A stretch of DNA of 64,000 nt from Octopus sinensis (taxonomy: Eukaryota). The position numbers and the translations under genes were made by a program. Below the pieces are notes generated by a model. It was not told the origin of the DNA, made no database searches, and saw only the letters and a program-made list of their open reading frames with translations. Positions 56,193-64,000 of this stretch are shown here, piece after piece (within the stretch, counting starts at the first letter, position 1; each line of letters opens with the position of its first letter). The stretch covers positions 5,890,001 through 5,954,000 of the forward strand of contig NC_043024.1 in the NCBI RefSeq assembly GCF_006345805.1, given 5' to 3'.

Positions 56193-56211
56193 AGGTCAAG
56201 GTCAGAGGTCA
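56193..56211 (+). promoter_or_regulatory. Candidate nuclear-receptor element: three AGGTCA half-sites (DR0 + DR1)
   Basis: AGGTCA-AGGTCA-G-AGGTCA, including TCAAGGTCA, in non-repetitive sequence upstream of the first detected exon. Confidence 0.35.
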
Positions 56212-56544
56212 GATTAAATGTCAATTGAAAAGAAAAAAATATTCAACTTTAAAATATAATAAAGTTTAGTCTCCCGACTTTTGACGCCCAACCCACAACA
56301 TCACCAGTCTTTCACCACCACCAGGACAGCCACACATACTACTATTGTAGCTACTACTATTACAACTACTACTACATGACCTATCTACTACTTTTAAAAT
56401 ACACGACCATTACTACACTAGAACTTATTTACTGTTGTTATTAATACCACCACTATTTCACACAACAACAATGCTCCTTCACCACCATGATTACCTATAC
56501 TACTACTACTGCTACAAATAATAATAATAATAATAATAATAGTA

Positions 56545-56758
56545 ATCCTTTCTACTATAGGCTCAATACCAAGATTTTGTAGGGAGGAGACCAGACGATT
56601 ACATCTACCGTAGTGTGCAACTGGTACTTAATTTATCAACTCCGAAAGGACAAAAGGCAAAGTCGACCTCAGCTGAATTTGAACTCAGAATGTATCAACA
56701 GGCGAAATACTGCTAAACATTTTGTCCAGTGTGCTAACCATTCTGCCAGCTCACCGCC

Positions 56759-56855
<97 letters not shown>

Positions 56856-58412
56856 GAATAATACTGCTGTTACTACTACAACATAACTTGTATGGTACTT
56901 TTGACACCAATGCCTCTCTTTGTTCTGAGTTCAAATTCTGCTGATGTCAACTCTGACTTTGCCTTTCACCTTTTCAGTACCAGTGGGTGGGTGGTGGATG
57001 TAATCAACTAGACCCCTCCCTCAAAATACTTCAGGCCCTGTGCCTTTAGTAGAAAGGATTATCATCATCATCATCATCATCATCATCAAGGTGGTGAGCC
57101 AGGCAAAATGGTTAGCAACATTTTGTCTGTTTTTACATTCTGAGTTCAAATCCTGCCAAGGTTGACTTCAACTTTGCCTTTCATCCTTTCAGGGTCAGTT
57201 ACATCCGACTTACACCACACCCCCGAAAATGCTGGCCTTGTGCCGAAATTTGAAATCATCATCATTATCATTATTATTATTAATTAAGGCAGCGAGATAG
57301 CAGAATTGTAAGCACGCCTAGTGAAATACTTAGCAGTTATTTCGCCCAAAGTTACATTCTGAGTTCAAATTCCACCGAGGGCAACTATGCCTTTCATTCC
57401 TTCGGGGTTGATAAATTAAGTAGCAGTGAAATTCTGGGGTCGATGTAATCGACTAGTCCCCTCCCCCAAAGCTTCGGGCCTTGTGCCTATAATAGAAAGG
57501 ATTATTATTATTATTTGTAAGGCAGGAAGCTGGCGGAACGGATAGCACACTGGGCGAAATGCTTAGCGGTTATTTCGCCCATTGTTACGTCCCGAGATCA
57601 AATTCCGTAGAGGGCGACTTTGCCTTTCATCCTTTCGGAGTCGATAAATTAAGTACTAGTTGAATACTGGGTGGGGGTCGATGTAATCAACTTCCCTACC
57701 TCCCCCATAAGTTCAGGCCTTGTGCCTATAGAAGGATTATTATTATTATTATTATTGTTATTATTATCAACGTGGTGAACTGGCAGAACCGTTAACATGG
57801 TGGACAAAATACTTAACAGCATTTCATAAATCTTTACATTCTGAGTTCAAATTCCACCGAGGGCGACTTTACCTTTTATCCTTTCAGGGTCAATAAATTA
57901 AGTACCAGTTGAGCACTGGGATCACTTTAACTGATTTAACCCCTTCCCCGAAGTTGCTGGCCTTGTGCCAAAATTTGAAACCATTATTATTATTATTATT
58001 ATTATTATTAAGGCACTGTGCCGGCAGAATTGTTAGCATGCCAGACAAATTGCTTAGTGATATTTCGTCTGCTGTTACATCGTGAGTTCAAATTCTGCCG
58101 AGGTCGACTTTACCTTTCATCCTTTCGGGGTCGATAAATTAAGTACCAGTTACGCACTGGGGTCGATGTAATGGACTTAATACCTATGTCTGTCTTTGTT
58201 TGTCCCCTCTAATATTCAGCCCCTTGTGGGTAATAAAGAAATAGGTATTTCATCTGCCACTACATTCTGAGTTCAAATTCCACCAAGGTCGACTTTGCCT
58301 TTCATCTTTTTGAGGTCGTTAAATTAATTACCAGTCAAGTACTGGAATCGATGTAATCAACTAGCCCCTCCCACCAAATTTCAGGCCTTGTGCCTATAAT
58401 AGAAAGAATTAA

Positions 58413-58445
<33 letters not shown>

Positions 58446-58612
58446 GGTGTGAGCTGGCAGAATCGTTACCACACAGGGTAAAAAAGCTGAGTTCAAATCC
58501 CACTGAGGTTGGCTTTGTCTTTGATCCTTTCAGGGGTCCATAAAATAAGTACCAGTTGAGCACTGGGGTCAGTGTAATTCCCTAGTCTCCTTCCCACCAA
58601 AATTTCAGGCCT
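56545..58612. mobile_element. Cluster of about 9 family-2 SINE copies separated by (ATT)n/(CAT)n
   Basis: ctgagttcaaat..gactttgcctttcatcctttc repeated about every 230 bp; first copy minus, the rest plus. Confidence 0.9.
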
Positions 58613-58821
58613 TTACTGCTTCTGCTGCTACTATCACCACTACCATCATCCAAAACAGCAATATCACCATGGCAACAATAGTAAAAATGTCCCACCTCCA
58701 CCACATCTAGCACTGCCCAGCACTAGCAAGCACTAACACTGTTAGTGATACCAATACTGATACTACTACTACTACCACCATAGACTAACCATAGCAGGAT
58801 GACAACCACCACCACAACTTT

Positions 58822-58854
<33 letters not shown>

Positions 58855-59429
58855 CACCACCACCACCACGACTAAGATATCACCATGGACTTCTACTACT
58901 ATTACTACTACTACTATCACACCACCACATCTAAGACACCACCATGGACTACTACTACTACTATCACACCACCACATCTAAGACACCACCATGGACTACT
59001 ACTACTACTATCACACCACCACATCTAAGACACCACCATGGACTACTACTACTACAATCACAGCACCACCACCACCACCATCAATACAAAAGGAACACTC
59101 CCCTATCAGTAACACTATGAACAATAACAACAGCTGCAACCACCACCACCACCACCACCACCACCACCACCACCACCACCACTCACCCTCTTAATAAATA
59201 AATAAATAGACACACAGACAGACAGAAGCAATCACATTGTTGGCTGGTGTCAAATTTTGTTAAGAAAACCTCTGGTGGAATCTAGTTGGCAGCAAGATGG
59301 TGGTTGTGGTGATAGTGGTGGTGGTGTGTGTATTGTCAGGATGAGGATAAAGTGACAGAGACCACCCTTAATCTACCCAGCATCAACAAAAGAACCACTC
59401 AAGAATCACTAAATTCATTTTTGTCATCT

Positions 59430-59743
59430 TTTCTCCTTTTACTTGTTTCAGTCATTATTCTACGGCCATGCTGGGGCACCACACGGAAGAACAATTAGTC
59501 AAATAGAGTGACCCTCATACTCTTTACTCTTTACTCTTTTACTTGTTTCAGTCATTTGACTGCGGCCATGCTGGAGCACCACCTTTAGTCGAGCAACTCG
59601 ACCCCGGGACTTATTCTTTGTAAGCCCAGTACTTATTCTATCGGTCTCTTTTGCCGAACTGCTAGGTGACGGGGACATAAACACACCAGCATCGGTTGTC
59701 AAGCAATGCTAGGGGGACAAACACAGACACACTAACACACACA

Positions 59744-59783
<40 letters not shown>

Positions 59784-59940
59784 CGACGGGCTTCTTTCAG
59801 TTTCCGTCTACCAAATCCACTCACAAGGCTTTGGTCAGCCCAAGGCTATAGTGGAAGACACTTGCCCAAGGTGCCACGCAGTGGGACTGAACCCGGAACC
59901 ATGTGGTTGGTAAGCAAGCTACTTACCACACAGCCACTCA
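59430..59940 (-). mobile_element. Family-1 SINE, full length, with a second tail fragment
   Basis: Reverse complement of the 8325-8730 family. Confidence 0.9.
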
Positions 59941-60111
59941 TGCTTATTTTTCTTTTTTTTTTAAAGCCTGGTACTAATTCTACTGGTCTCATTTTGCCAA
60001 ACTGCTAAGTCTCGGGGACATAAACACACTAACACCAGTTGTCAAGCAGTGGTGGGGGACAAACAGACACAAAGACACATGCACACACACATCAGGCTTC
60101 TTTCAGTTTCT

Positions 60112-60343
60112 TATTTCTTTATTGCCCACAAGGGGCTAAACACAGAGGGGACAAACAAGGACAGACAAAGGGATTAAGTTGATTACATTGACCCTAGTGT
60201 GTAACTAGTACTTAATTTATCGACTCCGAGAGGACAAAAGGCTAAGTCAACCTCGGCCGAATTTGAACTCAGAACGTAACGGCAGACGAAATACCGCTAA
60301 GCATTTCACCCGGCGTGCTAACGTTTCTGCCAACTTGCCGCCT
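60112..60343 (-). mobile_element. Family-2 SINE nested in a family-1 SINE
   Basis: ctttcagtttc repeated on both sides; family-1 halves at about 59960-60110 and 60345-60480. Confidence 0.8.
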
Positions 60344-60559
60344 TTCAGTTTCCATTTTAGTTTCTGTCTACCAAATCCACTCACAAGGCTATGGAAAAAG
60401 GCACCCAAGGTACCACATGATGGGACTGAACCTGGAACCACATACTTGGGAAGCAAGCTTCTTACCACATAGCCACACCTCATTGATTCCTTTATTTGAT
60501 TCCTAGCAAGAACTGTGGGAAGTAAATTTAGAAAGTATGGTAATTAGGGTTAGGGTTGA

Positions 60560-60970
60560 GGCGCAGGAGTGTAGGCGCAGGAGTGGCTGTGTGGTAAGTA
60601 GCTTGTTTACCAACCACATGGTTCCAGGTTCAGTCCCACTGCGTAGCACCTTAGGCAAGTGTCTTCTACTATAGCCCCGGGCCGACCAAAGCCTTGTGAG
60701 TGAATTTGGTAGACGGAAACTGAAAGAAGCCCGTCGTATATATGTATATATATGTGTGCGTGTATGTTTGTGTGTCTGTGTTTGTCCCCCTAGTATTGCT
60801 TGACAACCGATGCTGGTGTGTTTATGTCCCCGTAACTTAGCGGTTCGGCAAAAGAGACCGATAGAATAAGTACTGGGCTTACAAAGAATAAGTCCCGAGG
60901 TCAAGTTGCTCGATTAAAGGCGGTGCTCCGGCATGGCTGTAGTCAAAATGACTGAAACAAGTAAAAAGAG
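60560..60970 (+). mobile_element. Family-1 SINE, full length
   Basis: Head ggcgcaggagtggctgtgtggt through tail gaaacaagtaaaaagag; partial copy at 61455-61745. Confidence 0.9.
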
Positions 60971-61199
60971 AAAAATAAAAAAGAGAATTATTCACTAAGA
61001 CAAAGGTGAAGGGTGTTCCGAGTATGAATATTAGGTAGACTGTAACTAATTATAGAGTTTGATGATCAGACTATCCGGATCAATCAAAATGCTTAAATAT
61101 TGAATGGTTTCTATGGTTACATGAGTACATAGCACCCGAGAACTTATTCAATAATGTAGAGTTATATTGATAGAGAATGTTTATAGATTCTTTAATACA

Positions 61200-61425
61200 T
61201 AATTTACATCTACAGGTAACTGTATTATACGGAGGGACTTCTGCTATTATAGCTCAAGATGATGAATATTGTATATTCTTTGACTTAAGTTCGTGTTTAT
61301 ATTTGTGGCCAGTGATGTGAATTTATATTTTAAGTTAGTAAAAGAATTCAAATGAGCCCTATGGTGACACTTAAAATCAATAGTACTTCCTGTGTAAGCC
61401 CTTACCCTCTGTGTGGCAGATATCT
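61200..61425 (-). pseudogene. Penelope-type GIY-YIG endonuclease remnant
   Basis: AYTGSTIDFKCHHRAHLNSFTNLKYKFTSLATNI resembles the YxGxT..FK.R..xH..SF...Y...T.L pattern of Penelope-like endonucleases. Confidence 0.5.
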
Positions 61426-61859
61426 CTACACAGCACCTATAAACTACATGTTTGCCAAAGCCTTGTGAGTGGACTTGGTAGACAGAAACTGAAAGAAGCC
61501 CATCGTATATATGTATATATATATATATGTGTGTGTGTTTGTTTGTCTGTGTGTCTGTGCTTGTCCCCCTCAACATTGCTTGACAACCGAAGCTGGTGTG
61601 TTTATGTCCCCATAACTTAGCGGTTCAGCAAAAGAGACCGATAGAATAAGTACTAGATTTACAAAGAATAAGTTGAGTTGCTTGACTAAAGGCGGTGCTC
61701 CAGCATGGCCACAGTCAAAATGACTGAAACAAGTAAAAGAGTAATCTTGTCTTTTGGAGATATTAGAGTTTGTGATTTAAGGGAGAGTGTTGTTATTTCT
61801 AGCAGGTCAAGCAACCAGGATGTTGCTGCTTTGGTTCTTGTTGTGACTAACAAGGTTGG

Positions 61860-62570
61860 TGTTGGTGATAGAGAGGGAGGGTGGGACTAAGGTTGGGGTT
61901 GGAGGAGGAGATAGAGGAGGAGGAGGACAGAAAATAGGGAGGTGCAGTTGGGGGGGATAGAGGGAGGTAAGTGAAGATAAAGAGAGAAGAGGAGGGAGAG
62001 GGAGAGTAGAATTGAGAGAGGAAGGTAGAAGGGCAAGAAGGATGGAGATGGGGAGAGGAGAGAGGAGGCAGAGAGAGAGAGAGGAATGAGCAAGGTAAAG
62101 AGGTGAAGGAGGGAGAAGAGACAAAGAGAGGGAAGGAAAAAGAGAAAGAGGCAGGGGAGAGAGGGAGAAGTCATGTTGTGTGAGGGAAAGTGTGAGGGGG
62201 AGTGTGGGTAGGGGAAAGAGGAAATGAGATGAGAAGGAAAAAAGGAAGATAAAGAGAGTATGAGAGAAAGAGAGAGCGTGTGCAGGAGGGAGGGGAGGGG
62301 AAAGAGAGAGAAGAGAATGTGTGTGTGCAAGAATAGATTGGAAGAAAGAAGAAAAACAAAAGAGAGAAAGAGATGGAGAAAATGGAGAGAGAGAGAGAGA
62401 GAGAGAGAATGTAGGTGGGCAGGAGGAGAGGGGAAAATAAATACAGATGAAGAGAGAGTGTGAGTGTGTGTGCAAGAGAGAGAGAGAGAGAGAAAGAAAG
62501 AAAAGCAGAGAGAGAGAGAAAGAAAAGCAGAGAGAGAAAGAGAAGCAGAGAGAGAGAGAGAGAAAGAGAA

Positions 62571-62608
<38 letters not shown>

Positions 62609-62740
62609 GCAGAGAGAGAGAGAGACAGACAGACAGAGAATGTAGGTGGGCAGGAGGAGAGGGGAAAAAAATAAACACAGATGAAGAGAGAGTGTGAGTG
62701 TGTGTGCAAGAGAGAGAGAGAGAGAGAATGTGTGTGTGTT
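61860..62740. repeat. Purine-rich (GA)n/(GGA)n low-complexity tract with an internal duplication
   Basis: 62395-62490 is repeated at 62625-62725. Confidence 0.9.
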
Positions 62741-63194
62741 GAGGATAGTATTTAGTCTGCAGTTAGGAAATGGAGACCAATCAGAAAAGAAAAAGAAAGA
62801 AAAAGAAGAAAAGAAAAACAACATTTAATTAATAGAGTTTTAATAAAATGTAATCAAAGAATAATAGAGTTTTATAGGAAAGTAGTTCCTGTGTTGTTAA
62901 TTAAAGAGAGAACGGGATCTGGAAAGTGGAAGGTGGATTGTGCAGCATGAGGTATCAAAGCTGAGATCTCTCTTTAGACAATGGTAAAAGAGGAGAAGGA
63001 AGAGGGTGGGAAGAAATAACAAAGAAAGAGACGGAGGAGGAGGAGGGGACAAATGGGAGGGACAAAGCCTCACTCATTTGAAAATTATCAATCAATAAAA
63101 TCAGATTTGCTGGGGTTTTTTGTGGGGGTTTTTTCTCTTTTGTTTTTCAATTCAATTGTTTGATAGAAAACTGGCTTCCTCTCCCAACCCCTAC

Positions 63195-63256
63195 CACAAC
63201 AATAATAATAATAATGATAATAATAATGATGATAATAATATATAATAATAATAATG

Positions 63257-63288
<32 letters not shown>

Positions 63289-63292
63289 CATG

Positions 63293-63324
<32 letters not shown>

Positions 63325-63430
63325 TAATAATATAATGATAATAATAAATAATAATAATAATAATAATAATAATAATCATGATAATAATAATAATAATAAT
63401 ATAATAATAATAATAATAATGATGATAATA

Positions 63431-63461
<31 letters not shown>

Positions 63462-63668
63462 ATGATAATAATAATAATAATAATAATAAATAATAATAAT
63501 AATAATGATAATAATAATGATGATAATAATAATAATAATAATAATATAATAATAATAATAATAATCATGATAATAATAATAATAATAATAATAATGATGA
63601 TAATAATAATAATGATAATAATAATAATAATAATAATAATGATAATAATAATGATGATAATAATAATA

Positions 63669-63712
<44 letters not shown>

Positions 63713-63715
63713 ATG

Positions 63716-63761
<46 letters not shown>

Positions 63762-63827
63762 TAATAATAATGATGATAATAATAATAATAATAATAATAA
63801 ATAATAATAATAATGATAATAATAATA

Positions 63828-63863
<36 letters not shown>

Positions 63864-63898
63864 TAATAATGATAATAATAATGATGATAATAATAATG

Positions 63899-63939
<41 letters not shown>

Positions 63940-63940
63940 A
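63195..63940. repeat. (AAT)n/(GAT)n microsatellite
   Basis: Direct inspection. Confidence 0.97.
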
Positions 63941-64000
63941 AAAAAACCTGTAGACTGAGCTAATTCGAAGTGTTATCACGTACATTGTTTTGTCTTGGTA

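Noticed and set aside
61385-61450. Possible integrin exon 1 (cttacc donor-like site)
   Set aside because: No in-frame ATG or hydrophobic signal; lies in the GIY-YIG-like remnant.
61807-63704. Leu/Ser-, Arg/Glu- and Ile/Asn-rich ORFs
   Set aside because: Translations of (GA)n and (AAT)n.

Overview
Eukaryotic, AT-rich, repeat-saturated genomic DNA. The SINE, LINE and microsatellite content looks like an octopus genome, which is an inference from recalled repeat families. One gene spans 1118-50972 on the minus strand: an integrin beta subunit. I reconstructed 19 GT-AG coding exons by hand (2049 nt, all phases compatible, no stops), running from the PSI domain through hybrid, betaI and I-EGF1-4 to the beta-tail. 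The signal-peptide exon was not found, and the TM/cytoplasmic exons lie left of the window. The betaI domain keeps the SyMBS and a near-canonical MIDAS (DLSYT) but lacks the ADMIDAS aspartates. Introns hold tRNA-headed SINEs, RTE and CR1-type LINE fragments, Helitrons, MITEs, a 6.3-kb 26-bp minisatellite that appears to have grown from a LINE 3'-UTR motif, and many microsatellites. The most unusual signal is about a dozen Penelope-like, often inverted-repeat elements carrying minimal type-I hammerhead ribozyme motifs with palindromic helix III. Several lie sense to the integrin pre-mRNA, some carry core variants shared between copies, and one sits downstream of a tRNA-like Pol III head, suggesting a candidate hammerhead-bearing SINE.
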